From NCBI GenBank assembly GCA_907165135.1, contig OU015567.1, forward strand, positions 248,001 to 312,000: a stretch of 64,000 nucleotides of DNA, given 5' to 3'. Below are positions 22,403-35,717 of this stretch, piece after piece. Position 1 is the first letter of the stretch. Each line of letters opens with the position of its first letter. The position numbers and the translations under genes were made by a program. The DNA comes from Oikopleura dioica. Its lineage: Eukaryota > Animalia > Chordata. The notes beneath the pieces are model-generated. The model worked only from the letters and a program-made list of their open reading frames with translations. It had not been told where the DNA came from and did no database searches.

Positions 22403-23603
22403 AAATTTATAATAATCTTTTAAGTGTTAATCTGATTTTCGACCGTTTTCAAATAACAACGACTGGGAAGATCTTACGATCTCTGTCTTTCAGGCGAATC
22501 TCAATGTGGTGAGTTCCGATCGACGATCCAAAGTGGAAAATGAAGCGGCCTCTTTAAAACAAAAATTATATTCGCCTTGGCGACATAATTTTATGCCAAA
22601 CAAAAGCGTTGGCTGTTGTCGCGATCCAAACATTGATCTTTTAAGAATATATAAATGCGTACAAATCTTTGCGTCGATTTGGAACGTAAATCGGAGCATC
22701 GCCATTTTCTTTCATTTTCATCAAGTTTCCAAAGGCATCGACCAAGTAATGCTCACCGTTGAGAAAAGTAGTACCGGTCGACTTTTTTTGGTTTGAAGGA
22801 TTTTTACCGGGAGACTTTTGAATGTTAAGGGATCCTCTCCTATTTTTTCAAGTGTTTGATTAGGGTCATATTTGATATTTTCGGATTCCTCATGTTCTAA
22901 AAATCATTTTGATGTATCATATGACCCCTTGACGAGCATCTTACCTCAAAATATAACTTATATTATATAAGCCTTCAAAAATTTCGAAAATGCATGTAAA
23001 TTTGACTTTGCGTAAAAATCGGATTTTTTTCGGTTTATCAATGTCATCGAAGAAGGACATATAAGGGGTTTCTCGAAAGCTTAGATCGCACTTAAAAAGA
23101 ATATTATAACCGCACTTGAAATATCAGCCTTACGTTGGCGCTAGAGAGCAAAAAAATCACTCAAAGACGCCATAAATGGGTACATTTGGTTGTTCTTAAG
23201 AAAATCTTTTTATTACTTGACCAAATGAGTTCTCTGTACTAGAGATTTACGATATGGCTTCATTTTATTTGAATCTCTTTTCAGATCGTGTTTTTCTTAG
23301 CCCAAATCGGCTGAATTTCGAGTCAAAAATGGCCTAAAATGGCCTTTTTCGAAATTTTCGAACTTTGACGCTTCCTTCTTCTGTCTCTGAACTTCTCTGT
23401 ACTAGAGAATAGCGGATAGCACCTGGACTATCCGTAAAGCTATTAATAATACGTAGGTAGCTTATTATACGCCCCCATTCATGAGCCTAAGTCGGCTGAA
23501 TTTCCAGTGGAACATTGCCAAAACGGGGGATCCCTTTACACAATTTAGCTTTGATGACACTCTTTTAGATTCATCAAAACGGGTGACCCTCCCAATCCCT
23601 GGA

Positions 23604-23654
23604 CACCCTCCGAATCCCTGGATTTTAGCCTGAAGTCCAGGGATTCGGAGGGTG
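23604..23654. repeat. Perfect 19-bp hairpin (CACCCTCCGAATCCCTGGA) with a partial extra copy upstream
   Basis: Read directly from the sequence. Confidence 0.7.
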
Positions 23655-23777
23655 ATGTTCTAGAAACTCCCTTTAAACGATAAAAAAGCATCTTTTATCT
23701 ATCATTATTCTAAATATTTGAATAACAGTTGTTTTTATGAGATTATTTATGTAGCAAATTGGACTTAACACTTAACC

Positions 23778-24741
23778 TCAGAGGGATAAAATTGAATGAA
23801 AGCAAAACCGTTCATAAGAATACAAAAAATCTGAGGCATTTGTCCTTTTTGGTTGATTTCTTTCATAGAAATCGGCCAATAAAATCGCAAATTTTGGTTC
23901 TTCAGGTTCACTTTCTGTCAGCTCTGCGCTTCCATTTGATTGGGTAGTTGAGTTGATCCAAGACACCGTTGACGGAGTTGAAGTTGTTATTGGAGATGTT
24001 GTCGCCGGAGTTGCTGACTGGGTTGAAGAGCACATTGTTGACCATGTCGTCGAAGTTAAGTCAGTTGATGTCGACTCAGTCGAAGATGACATGTTAAAGA
24101 TGGGCACCGACGAGTTTGAAGAAGTAGCCATTAGCTCAGAAGGTATTGAACTGTTTTCGGATTTTCGGAGATCAAAAACTGGAACAAATTTTTGAGGCGA
24201 CTCCAACTTCTCGCATTCGTAATGAGGACACGGACAACCTTCGAAACAGTACTTCTGAAATGGGCAGACTTCTCCGGCGGAATCGAAACTTCTAGTCAGC
24301 CCAAAACAGATTGACTCGCAGGGCGTGATTGGGTTGGTCCTCGTTGATTTCAAAACCAGCGTGTTCGAGCAGAGATGGCGGCAGACTCTCTGGTCGTAAA
24401 AGCGTTTCTTCTGACAGCGGCGGAGATTCACTTCGTTTTCTTCCTGTGAAAAAACAAGCGGCGCCGCTTTGACATGCTCGACCATTGCTTCATTAGATGA
24501 CCGCAAAAGTCCATTGTCGAAATTTTAACGCATTTCTTGTAGTTTCGGTGACAACTCGACGTCAGAAAAGTCGTTACGCCGCGGGATTTTTCCAAAGAGG
24601 CGAAGTTTGCTTGCAAAAGTAGATATTTAAATTACTCGAGAGGTTACCTATGAGCATAACAGTGACCCAGAAAATGGTGCCAAGAGTCAAATAGCTGAAC
24701 TGCTGCGGATCGGTGGCGTTTCCGTGTTTCGCCAAGCTCAT
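23778..24741 (-). CDS. Putative type II membrane protein with a Cys-rich (CPF..C.EGCPCP.YEC) module and an S/T mucin stalk
   Basis: Exon MSLAKHG..LTLGTIFWVTVMLI (TM) followed by ORF 23778-24506; the middle junction and 3' end are unresolved. Confidence 0.55.
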
Positions 24742-24952
24742 TTTGGCAGTGACCGTTTTTTTTCCATGTTTTCCTCGTCTTCTTGATATCGTTTTCTTGA
24801 GTGCGAATGCTTCGGGTTGTCAGAATTTCTTCCGGAAAAAGATAAACCTTCTTGCCCTTTTTTCTTAGGGTCCCGATGCAGTCACAGTCGAGGCACTAAT
24901 TTCAAAATTTATTTTTAGTAAGATGATTGAGCTGACTTAAGTGCCCATTTAA

Positions 24953-25289
24953 GCCCCCCCCCGTCAACAAATTTCCTCAAAAAATCGAAAATTTCAAAAC
25001 AGCCATATTTTTGCTTCTTAGTGTGCCTAGAAGTTCAATACGTCATAAAAACTTGTTAGAACCATTTTTTGACCAGCAAAAATCTGAAATTTCAGCAAAA
25101 TTGGGACTCTTTCGTCATTTTCGTCAAAAAGTCCAATTTTCAAACGCGATTTTGAGGGTGTTAGAGTCGAGATAGACCCCCAAAAAATGAAGCCTCAAAA
25201 TCGTTTTTTGACATGTAGAATCCATTTCCTGGGTCAAAATTATGAGATTCCGAAAATATATTTTTCGAAAATTGTTGACGGTGGGGTCC
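24953..25289. mobile_element. TTAA-flanked MITE (Kolobok-like)
   Basis: TTAA|GCCCCCCCCCGTCAACAA ... TTGTTGACGGTGGGGTCC|TTAA. Confidence 0.65.
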
Positions 25290-25453
25290 TTAATTTTGTT
25301 TTTATAACTAACACAGTATTACCCTGATTTTAGTGTTGAAAATCGCATTTTTAATTCTTTCATTTTCTTCTTTGATAACCATAACGAGTGATCTCTGAGA
25401 GAAAAAAAGCTATTTTGCGAAAAAAGTGAAAACAAGCTCGTTTATGAAGGGTA

Positions 25454-26192
25454 GTATGGAAAAATGTTTCGGTAAAACAGCCGAAATATGGTGAGCTTAT
25501 TTTCTGATAAATATTTCGGTAACAGCCGAAACTTTTCTCACTTTTTTCCCCATTTTGAGGAAAAAAGTTTCGGTAGGCTACCGAAATCTTTTTCACTTTT
25601 GAGCTCGTTTCTTGCAAAAATATTTCGGTAGAAAGAGGCCAAATTTTTCAGCAGGAAATTATCAAATCTAAGTGCCCCTTACCTCGGGGCTCCGCCCCTT
25701 CGGGCCTAAGATGTCGGGGTCTAGTCTAGGGTTAGTTAGGCTTACCGAAGCCTATCCCCCTCGGGTGAGTTTGTTCCGTCATTTTGCCCAGTGCCCCTAA
25801 CCCTAACCTCAAATTATAGAAAGTACCTTAGGCTAAACTTAGTACTTTTATCTACAAAAAATCTTTTGGTAGAAGTAAAATGAATCTCCACAAGTTTTTC
25901 TGTTTTTGAGCGGAAAATAACTCGAGATTTTGGAGGAAACAAATTGATAAGGGATATTCATTCGATGTAATTACCAGATCAAATCAGGATGAGAATGGAA
26001 AAAGCTACCGAAACTTTATCGCTCGAAAGACAGCAAATTCTGATTTCTGTTTCGGCTCGTACCGAAATATTTTTCCAAAAAACGAGTCTTATTTGTTTAA
26101 TTCTTTCGGTTGCCTACCGAAATATTTATCACATTTTACCCTTTGCAAGTGATTTATATTTGGGTCGCTTTTACCGAAACTTTTTTCCATAC
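25454..26192. mobile_element. TA-flanked MITE with internal TACCGAAA/TTTCGGTA repeats
   Basis: TA|GTATGGAAAAATGTTTCGGTAAAA ... TTTTACCGAAACTTTTTTCCATAC|TA. Confidence 0.7.
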
Positions 26193-26291
26193 TAAGTTAT
26201 GAAGACTTCGGACATTGCTTGTCTGACAGCTGGACAGTTTACTCTCCGTTCGTTTTCTTTTTTTAATGTCAGAGCTTTTTCTTTGTTTTAA

Positions 26292-27141
26292 GGGTGTCCC
26301 CAACGATTTTTTTGAAACAGGATCAAGTTTGAGTTATTAATTCTACTAATCGGATAGTTTCTACATGAAAAATCTATTTGAATATTATTATTTGGACCCT
26401 TCTTTCTGCATTAATCTTGACCGATTTTGTAGATTTTGATCCGTTAATCCCCTACCGCCGCTTCAAAGAAGTTCGATTTCTGTAATCTCGGGGAACTTTG
26501 AGATCGTTTTTCTCGAAATGTACTCGTTCAAATTTCAAATTTCGAAAAGAATAATGTTGCTTAAACACTTTTCTCTGCATTAATCTTGACAGATTTTTTA
26601 AAATTATATCAAATGCATATATAAATATACAATATATATAATGATGATTTTAACAAAATTTGTACCAAATTTTAGGGCTCTAATCGCTTGATTTTTTTTC
26701 CAAATTTCAGTCTGAACATAGTTCGATCCTTCAACAAGGCTCCCATGAGCTCAGATTGTGCACCGATAAGTAGGTTAATCCCCTTTTCCGGCGCCAAAGA
26801 GCAGGTGTTTTCGAGTTTTGACGCGCTCTTACAATAAGTAAAATTCATCGGATCTTTTTGAAAATGGTATCAGCAGAAAGGAAATTTGTAAAGCTTTCAG
26901 GAGATATTTAATTTGCTACAGTTAATTGAGAATTTCAAAATAGCCATTTCCACAGTGCAAATGCATAGAAATTTCTATCGAAGGCTAATGCATTAGCGCG
27001 CTCATAGAAAAAGCCATATCTCGAGAAGTAGATAAGATATTAAAGATCTGAAAAAAGGTTCGGAATCGGAATTTCCTAAATAAAAAGAAAAATTTGAGTC
27101 ACCGAATTAGACAGTCTCGGCCTCGATCGTTGGGGACACCC
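26292..27141. mobile_element. TTAA-flanked element, 850 bp (Kolobok-like)
   Basis: Perfect 16-bp TIR GGGTGTCCCCAACGAT with TTAA on both sides. Confidence 0.8.
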
Positions 27142-27670
27142 TTAAGGGACCGCCCCCGATTTGAAAAATAACATCGAGAGCTTTTGAGTGATATTTTTCC
27201 GAATCTCCGTTGTCTGGCAAATAAAGTCAAAATAATGGCAAAAATCAGTTAAAAACATCTTGTTTAGAAAAATTCTACAATCCTTGACGGAATCACATGC
27301 CTGTTCTAGAGATTGTGAATCAGGGCTCAAGAAAGACAGTTGTTATTGATTGAGAGCTCAAAAATTTATAAATATAATAGAGTTTCTTCATTAAGAAACG
27401 GGCTTCAAATGTTGACTGTACATTGTACAATTAGATTCCCTCAGTTTCTTGAGTTTCTTCTGCTCAAAATTCGTTCCGGCTCTCCTTCATCTAAAAATGT
27501 GATTTTTCTCTAGCTGCCGTTTCGAAACCAAATGTCCTTAGTAAATTCATCCTTTATTATAATAAAACAGTCTTTTTATTGAAAATTTTGCAGTGATTAT
27601 TTCCAGCTTCAAAATTGATGATTTTCAGTTTTTAAAAACTTCCCATTTTTTGTTAATATGAGGGAAAAGA

Positions 27671-27874
27671 TCACGATTTCTTGATATGATAGCCTTTCAC
27701 CTTGGTTTTTGTTTGTTTTTTCGAGAAATAAAAGCAAACAAAAACCCTTTCCTGCATTTCTCGAACAGCATCTTGCTCTTGACTGATAAAATCAAAAACA
27801 GCGTTGGAAAACTCGGTGTCGTAATAAGCAATTCCTTGCTTAAAAAATATAAGAAAAAGGAATAGAATATTCAT
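27671..27874 (-). CDS. Possible first exon of a secreted protein
   Basis: MNILFLFLIFFKQGIA resembles a signal peptide; downstream exons are unresolved. Confidence 0.3.
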   Translation of the reverse strand: MNILFLFLIFFKQGIAYYDTEFSNAVFDFISQEQDAVREMQERVFVCFYFSKKQTKTKVKGYHIKKS

Positions 27875-29370
27875 CTCGAGCTCTTATTTCAATTATGCGC
27901 CAGTCAATTTATTTCATTCTCAAAAACACATCCAATCCGCCTAATCGGATAGAAAACAGGATCGATTCTTGAAGGAGCACCGAATTCGAGCAAATTGCAA
28001 TTTGAATGTGAAGGAATTTGAAAAACGGTTCATTCTTTACTTCTTTGTCGGGGGGATAATTACACTCGTTTGGCCAGGTAAAGCAGCGATAAAATGACCT
28101 TCTGCTTATCGCATCCGTCTGGGTTACACCAGGTACTCGCGAACCCTGTGGATTCCAACCCAGCGCTTATTTTTTCTGCAGAAAGATAAAAAGGCTAGAT
28201 CTTCGCCTGTCAAATGCATTACATAATTTGTTCAATACAATATTTTCTCGAAAGAATAAAGGTAGCTTAAGGGTACAACCTTCGATTTCCCCAGTTTTCG
28301 CCTTGAATAACTCTGAACCTGTAAATGCTTGAGCTAAGTAAAAGGGCTCTATAAGTGGATCGAGCCGTTTTTAGGGTTCTCCACAAGAAGTCGGCTTAAT
28401 TTTGAATTTAAGAATCTCGAAAAGCGGATGTTGAAAATATCCCGAATCCAAGCTCTTTGGATAATGAATTGACCTCGCATAATAACGGACCGCACCCTTA
28501 GTTCACGGAGAAGCTTATCTCCGTCTATGATCTTAATTATTCCGTACAAAAACATAAGATAAAGGATAAGCCCTTATTCTAAGTGGTTTTTCTACTCAGT
28601 TTTACAAGAAAAAGGATGAAAAAGAAAGGTCCCAAGAAGTTCCCAAGAAACTGTTTGATCCCTAGTTTCTTGGATTTTAGCGAGAGGAGACCCTTTATTA
28701 ACAAGATTTCTCGAAGTTGATCGATTTGCACGCCTCTATTTGAAGAAATAGTGAGTTACGCTTGTCAAAATACTCAATTTTTCGCCACCAATAATTACGT
28801 TTCACACTTTTTTTCTGTTAGAAAGAAAAAACATCGTTTTTTTTTCAAAAATGATACTGTACTTTGCATTTTTTCTGTTACTTTCGGGTTGTTTTGGAAA
28901 AGAAGAAAGAACTCTACGGTAAGAAAATTATCTCATCTTTTATGCAGAAAGAAAAATTCGGAATAATGAGATAAAATTTGAAAATGTGCAAAAAGACGTC
29001 TTTGCTCAAGAATTCAAGAATTCAAGAACAGATGTAAATTCACGAGAATATCACGATAGGGTGAACTCGCAAATTCCAAGCATGAAAAATCTCACATGAC
29101 GAAAGAGGAACGAAGTAATTAATTAAGGGTGTAGACATGGAAAATGCCGATTTTCGAGATTATTCGAAAAAAAACCAAGGCCAAGATTTGGTTAATGTCT
29201 CATCCCAATAAAACCTCACCAACACTTTGATTTCTTGGGATTCTTTACTAAATTTATACTGAAAACAGAAAAACCACGATACACGAATAGCTCGGCCTGT
29301 TATCTTTCGCTTACGATAATGAATATTTTCACGATACTGCGTTAATGATACAGTATTATCGTTTTTCTAG

Positions 29371-30205
29371 CTGGAAGAAGGATGCAGTCTTGGTGCCTTC
29401 TGAGCGATGGAACGTGCCTGGAATCGACACGGTGAGTTAATTAAGGCATTTTTGCTTCTAAAATGCTTTATCAATTGTTAATTTGCAAGTGATAAGAAAA
29501 AAGAGGCTATCCGGCTTATCAGTTTCCCGAAAAAGTGCGCTTTGTCAGCAATTATTTGAGATAAGGCACTTTCTTGGCTCGGGAACCTGTGTAGATATCC
29601 TGAGAAAGGGTCTTCCGTCCCCAGAGTCAGGGTGTGAGAGGTTCTCCAACCCCTGAATCAGGCTCTGAGAGGTCTTCCACCCCCTGAGTCAGGCTCTGAG
29701 AGATCTTCCGTTCCCTGAGTCAGGCTCTTAGAGGTTCTCCACCCCCTGTGTCGGGGTCTGAGGGGTCCTCCACCCCCTGAGTCAGGGTCTTAGAGATCTT
29801 CGACCCCCTGACTCACATTTTCTACACAGGTTGCTGAGCCAAAGGAACGTCAAAACGAAAGTTGTTTCATCTCGAATTCTTCGAACTGCTCATTTAAATC
29901 TCAAGTGCTCGATTCCTTCCTCGCTCCATTTCAAAAATATTTCAGCTTTGCTCAGGAGACGCGCTCACATTCTCAGCATCAGAGCCGACCTCAATCCTCG
30001 CCACCGCCTCCTTCAGTTTCGGGTACTTATCAAGCACCTGCATTTGCTCTCTTTAGAGTTACTTTTTTAAAAACTTTTTCTGTAGATCAATGAAGCTGCC
30101 GACCAACGGGGAGCTGATTCTTGGTAAGCGAACATTTTTAAAAAACGTGAGAATGAATGATTTCGTTTTTTTAGGGAACAATGTCCAGTTTGGCAGCAGT
30201 GTAAG
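29371..30205 (+). CDS. Hypothetical spliced gene (start and end unresolved)
   Basis: Phase-consistent chain of short exons 29371-29431, 29497-29565, 29845-30022, 30087-30123 and 30175 onward; no family recognised. Confidence 0.4.
29576..29840. mobile_element. CCTGAGTCAGG-family MITE with an internal 31-bp x6 minisatellite
   Basis: GGCTCGGGAACCTGTGTAGA ... TCTACACAGGTTGCTGAGCC; unit approximately CCCCTGAGTCAGGCTCTGAGAGGTCTTCCAC. Confidence 0.85.
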
Positions 30206-30884
30206 GTATGTAAGATTTATTCATGTAAAGATTTGAAAAGGAAGGATTCTTTGGAAGATTTGGATGAAGAACATAAAAAAGCTTCATTTTCGGAAATTAT
30301 AAAAAATCACAAGATAAGATCATTTTCCACTCATTTATTTCTTCATTATTCTTATTTATTAAAAGCTTGACTAAAAGGAGTCACCAAGGAGTATTGCTCT
30401 TATGGACTCATTATTTGCATAAAGAACATCATTTCATAAAAAATGACAAGAGTCGATCGTTTTTAAAGCGATTTTATTTTCTAGCGCCACCATTAAATTT
30501 ATCAGGTGCGAATAATTTGGGAACGGTAGATAGGCAAGATGATGATGATTGTTATGTTTTTAGCCAATCTACAATGGGGTCCTCTGCTCCCGCCCCCTTG
30601 TACTAGAAAAAAAATAGAACATAAAATGAATGATTTTCAACGTTATCTATTTTTAACAGTACAGTGTTTTTTCACGAAGAATATCATTAACATTTATCAA
30701 CAAAGAGAAGATGTAGGGCTCAAAAATAAACGAGGCATTCATTTTGAAAATATTTCTCTAAGAACGTAATTCGACGTAAAATTCGAAAGTAATAATTTGT
30801 TTCATTTCGTAAATAAATCAATGGGCATCCCTCTATATTGCCATAAATAGTGCGCAAAACAAAAAAAAAACAGCTGATTTGCAG

Positions 30885-33040
30885 GATCACATAGATCAGC
30901 TGTCTATTCTGATGCATCGGCCTCAAAATTGAGAATATTTGAGGCTGGCCTTGGCAACCTGTGAAGAAAACCTGAGTCAGGTCTTAGAAGTTTTTCGAGA
31001 CCCTGACTCAGATTTTCCACACAGGTTGCCGAGCCAATATTTAAGGATAAATGGTTGTACCGAAAATCGCCAACTGTCATATTCATCGGTGCCGGACGAA
31101 TGGTACGACATCGAGAATTGGCAAGTACCAAGTGTTCCCGGAGATCATTTGCTATTAGGAAACGCTCTCACGTTGATAATTTATGTTATTCATAAAAATT
31201 TAAAAATTTCCGGATTATCGATTCGAAAACACGATTCTGACGAAATTTACAAAGTAACGAATTTCTCTAATTGATATCGAATAAAAAGACGAAAAACTGG
31301 TGCCCTGCCAGAGCGATGGGGTTATCTTCGAGCCCTTTTCGACCTTTATGGTCCAAGGACTCGCCGCGGTCAAACAAATTGAAGTTGCTCAACAGGTTAG
31401 ATCAATTCTTGAATCAACAAAAATGAAGAGATTTTTAGACGATCAGCAATGCTCCTGAGTTTTTTGACTACAAGCAGAATGCGAAATCGGGAGAATATCA
31501 GTTTCAGGTTTGCCAAAAAAACAATCAAGCCCAAGATTTTCGACTAAAATTCCGAATTTTCACCCAGTATCGTCCATCCAATCGTTGAATATTGCGGTAA
31601 ATAGTCAATTTTCTAATCAAAATTCAGTCAACAAAATTTTTTTCGCGAATCAAACGGGATTTTTAGCTCGAAAATCGATCTTTTTCGGCTCCAAATCTTG
31701 ATTTTCAATCGCAAACTTGGCAAAATCTTCTGCCTTTTCGAGTTGCCAAGAATTCTTTTTCTAAATGACAGCGCAATTAACTACATGTAGCATTTGGATT
31801 TGAAATTCTCGCCGTCTTGTCCTGTCTCCGGATGCCCTTGCCATCCCGCCGAGATGGGTCCAGTTCTTGACAACCTCTGCGAAAAAGTCAATTGCACTTC
31901 TCCGTCCGAACTGCCCTGCTCGAGGTTCCTTCAAAATCTATCAATCTCAATATCAAGCCCTTACTCTCACTTCAGCCCTTTTGTCGCTGCTGGAACTTGC
32001 TGTGCGACTTGTGGCGCGCGGATCAAGATTGATTTCAACGATCAGATGAACTTCGATGAGCTAAGCGAATTGGTTTATCAAAGCGTGTCGCAAGATTATG
32101 GCCAGGGCTGCTCATATTTTTAAGAATTCCAGAAATTGAAATTTTAAAAGGTCCTGAAATAAGCCCTAGAAAGTGATAACACGATCAGAACTTCGATTTC
32201 GAATCATTTAAAATCCGGCGAAAGCGCTAGAATATCTGACGAGTTCATTCAAATATTGTTTCTTGATGAAATCGGGGATGGAAAAGCTGCAAAGGGAAGG
32301 AGCTGAATACATTGGCTACAGAAGAAAATAAAATTTTATTATGAAAGTCACAAGAAACACAGTATTTTTGTAAAAACGTAAATTTTTCTGAGGAATTATG
32401 GTTTTTGAGCTCTAAAAAGTCCGAAGCATCTAGAATTGAAAAAATTCTCAAGAAAGGTTTTTCCCACGAAACGACGATTTTCCCAAATTTTTATCATAAT
32501 TATCCCTGAGAGACGTAAAACCGTCTTCACAGCTTATTTTCTTTTACCGTATTTTCGTCCATAACCGAAAATCAGCGGGAAAACCCGAAAACAGAATTTT
32601 CCGGGAATAGATTCCCTCGAAACGGAAACTTCAGGAAAAACAGGAGCGTTGACGGGAGGAGCCATTTTTGGGATCATTTTCGGTAACTTTTGAAAATCTA
32701 TTTTGAAAGCAAAAAATTGAATACGTTTTCTATTTTTTAGCGATTATTTTCGCCGCCGTTGCTGGATTCTTCGTTTTCACCAGAAAAGACCAGCTTTTTA
32801 TAAGAAGGCAAGTTCTACCGGGAAATCACTGTTTTGAGTAAAAACTGTAATTGAAGGGGCGATTTCTCGAACCCAGTCCACTCGGACGGCGCTGTCAATT
32901 TGTCGGAAATGGGCGATACCGGTAACCGAATGTCCGAAGCCTCTTCAGCTGGAAAGAAGCGCGCTCCACCTCCACCGACGACATTGACATCTACTCCTGC
33001 TGAAACTATCATGACGCTGCAGACAGGAGCCGTTAAACAT
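30885..33040 (+). CDS. AMN: Amnionless-like single-pass membrane protein (5' and 3' limits approximate)
   Basis: GCTENRQLSYSSVPDEWYDIENW; SCPVSGCPC..LC..NC..PC..GTCCATCGA; FIQILFLDE; TM GALTGGAIFGIIF|AIIFAAVAGFFVF; cytosolic FSNPV. These match the amnionless order (WHDPHLW; CADPSGCVC..GQCCDLCGA; FxNPxF). Confidence 0.7.
30947..31035. mobile_element. CCTGAGTCAGG-family MITE forming most of a putative GG-AG intron (30943-31045)
   Basis: TIRs GGCCTTGGCAACCTGTG/CACAGGTTGCCGAGCC; flanks AATATTTGAG / AATATTTAAG (9/10 direct repeat). Confidence 0.8.
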
Positions 33041-34064
33041 CTCACGTTTTTTTTTGTCTTTTTAGGCGAAAAATATTTTTTTTTTTCAAAATTTTATTCA
33101 AAAAATTTTCAAAAAATAAAAAAAAAATTAATTAGAACTTTTATCCAAAAAAATTTTTAAAAAATTCATGAAAATTTTGATCAAAATTTTTTGCTCAAAA
33201 ATTGAGATACGAACTTTTCCTGGTTCAAATTAAAAGTCCTAAAGGAAGATAAAACGGTGACAGCCGAGTTAAAGACCCCCTTCGCTAGAAAAAAATAACG
33301 TTATCACAAGTCCATTAGAAATTTAAGTCCTGACGCCGCCGTAACGCAACCCTATCAGTTTTCAACGAAAGCACCGGTAATTGCCAAAACTTTCAGCTCG
33401 TTTTTGACCCTTTTTCCAAAACATGACGCTTTGTAATGTTGCTTCTTGTGGCTCAAAATACTGCAATTTAGAAAATATATAAGACGGATTTTAAATGTAT
33501 GACGGCGCGAACACGATCATTTTTTATGTTTTTCTACAGATAGGATTAGGTTTTCGAGGGCTGATTCGAACGAGATAGGATAACAACTTCGCCCCGCGTC
33601 AGTGAAAAGTTTTCTCAGAAAACGATCCACAGTGTCTTTAACGTAACAAAAAAGAACAGTACAAACAGGTGGATGGAAAGTTTGGAACTTCAGCCGATGG
33701 TGTCATAAACGTCAATTTTGAAGAATTCGACGAGGAAGAAAATAGCGATGAAGATGGTGATGAATATTCTCCAGAAGAGGTTGGTCAAAAAGGGATGAAC
33801 GGGGCTAAGCAGATAAGCAAGGGGATTGCATAATGAAATCCTCCAGCTCAGCTTCGGATGAAATTTTGGAACCTGTTTTATTTACATATTCCGGGTTTCA
33901 TAACTTTTTTTCAGAAAACAGGGAAAACAAAAACATCCGAGGAAGAGGAAGACCAAAAAGTTGAGCCACCAGAAAATTCTGATCAGCTACTTGACATTCT
34001 GTCTGAATAAATTGTAAAAAACAGTTTGTTTGAAAAACCCGCTTTAATTTTTTTATTGAAAAAA

Positions 34065-34336
34065 CGGGTGTAGGGCGGCTACGTTCGAAATTTCGAACGC
34101 CGTTCGAGATTTTTCGAACGCTGTTCGAAAAATTTCTGAAATCGCTTATAAAAATGAGCTTATATGCGCTCCGCGCCTGATTTGTAAGTAAACTCTCCCA
34201 TGATGATGCCAACTTCCTTTACTTACTCGATTTCAATGATTTCAGCTCATATTTAGCAAAGATTCTTTGGAAATTTCGAACGCCGTTCGAAAACTGGGCC
34301 CAAAAACCGATTTCGAACGTAGCCGCCCGCCACCCG
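34065..34336. mobile_element. MITE with TTCGAAC repeats
   Basis: TIR of about 27 bp CGGGTG..GGGCGGCTACGTTCGAAAT with two mismatches; TSD unclear. Confidence 0.7.
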
Positions 34337-34644
34337 GAAAAACTTGTTTTAAAACATGGTCAAAAATAATCCATCATCGAGAGAATAACCGAAATATGCT
34401 CCTTGTAATAAGCCCCTGAGAAAATCGGTTCCATTAGCCCATTTTTAAAATTCCTTCCTCAATTCATCATTTGCACCCCGGTCTAAGTATACATCTCCCC
34501 GCTCCATTTGCGGTTTACCATTTTCGCGAGTCCGCCGAGTTCTCAGGTGGCGCTCGCACTACCCCGCCACCGCGCCCCTATAAAACCCTTTTTTCATTCA
34601 TAATTCTCACTCAAATACAGAGAAACTCTGATCGAAAAAGAAAA

Positions 34645-35524
34645 ATGAAGCTTTTGTCACTTTTCCTCGTTGGTTTTGCTGCTGCTCAGACTGTAGCTGA
34701 AGATGGTACTACTGTAGATTCGCTTGATGCTAGAGGAAGGAAAAACAGAAACAAGAACAAGAATAATAAGAAAAACAAGAAAACAACCACGACAACTACT
34801 GAAGCTCCTACTACAACTACCGATGCTCCAACAACTTCAACAACGACCACAACAACCACTACGACAACAACAACGACGGAAGCTCCCACAACGACAACCA
34901 GCACCGCCGCCCAAATCACCGATCTTCGAACCAAGGCCGCCAAAGACTCTTTCGCCAACCTCCTTTCTGGCCAGCAAAACTCAGCTTCTTCCGCGAGTCA
35001 AGTCGCTGCCAGCTCCGCCGGACGCGCTGAATCCTCGAGCTCGAGCGTTCCGGAGACGAATGAGTGCTTTACCTGCGCTGTTGACAATCCCAACGCAAGT
35101 GACCCATTCGAGGTGATCCGGCAGTGCCAGGATAACGGAATGGTACTCACGTGTAACAAGGGAGATAGCTGCATGGTCGAGTCGAGAATGCGAGGAGGAA
35201 ACACTTATCAGGTCAGTTCAAAACTTAATTTATCAGAAAATTATTACAAAATTGCCTTTTTTGTCAATTTATAAAAAAATCTCGTTTTTATTTCTTAAAA
35301 TATCATTTTTATAGGTGATCATGTCTTGCAAACAAACCCAAGCCTGCCTTGTGCAGCGATCTAACAACGGAAACGACTGTAAGTGGGAGAATGGAATCCA
35401 AACTTGCCGACAATGCTGCAACGAGTACAACTGCGCCGCCGACAAGTATTTCGGAGCCCTTGATGCCGATGCTGACTCGCTGATGGGCAACTGGTGGTCC
35501 GAAGACTTTATGATTCCTAAGTAG
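34645..35524 (+). CDS. Secreted protein: signal peptide, Thr-rich mucin stalk, Ly6/uPAR-like Cys domain
   Basis: MKLLSLFLVGFAAA; poly-T tract; CFTC...CQ..C..C..SCKQ..AC..C..CRQCCNEYNC. Intron 35212-35314; TATAAAA at about 34579. Confidence 0.8.
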
Positions 35525-35717
35525 AAATTTACACAACTGAACACAAACAGACACCGCTGGAAATAGTCTAGTGGCTTTAAATTCTTCTCCATGTACATGC
35601 TCATTCCTAAATAAAATAAAATCAATAAATCAATAAAGAAACAAAAGCGTTTGCGAGTTTTTTCGATCAAACGAAACAAAACAAAAAGTAGACGACCAAT
35701 ATTTTTGTCAAAAAAAA

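Noticed and set aside
29620-29810. 31-bp repeat array as CRISPR
   Set aside because: The units are directly tandem with no unique spacers, sit inside MITE ends in a eukaryotic intron, and no cas genes are present.
34686-34958. Poly-Val ORFs (also 44203-44427, 44813-45112 and 23953-24195)
   Set aside because: They are shadows on the opposite strand of Thr/Ser-rich coding tracts.
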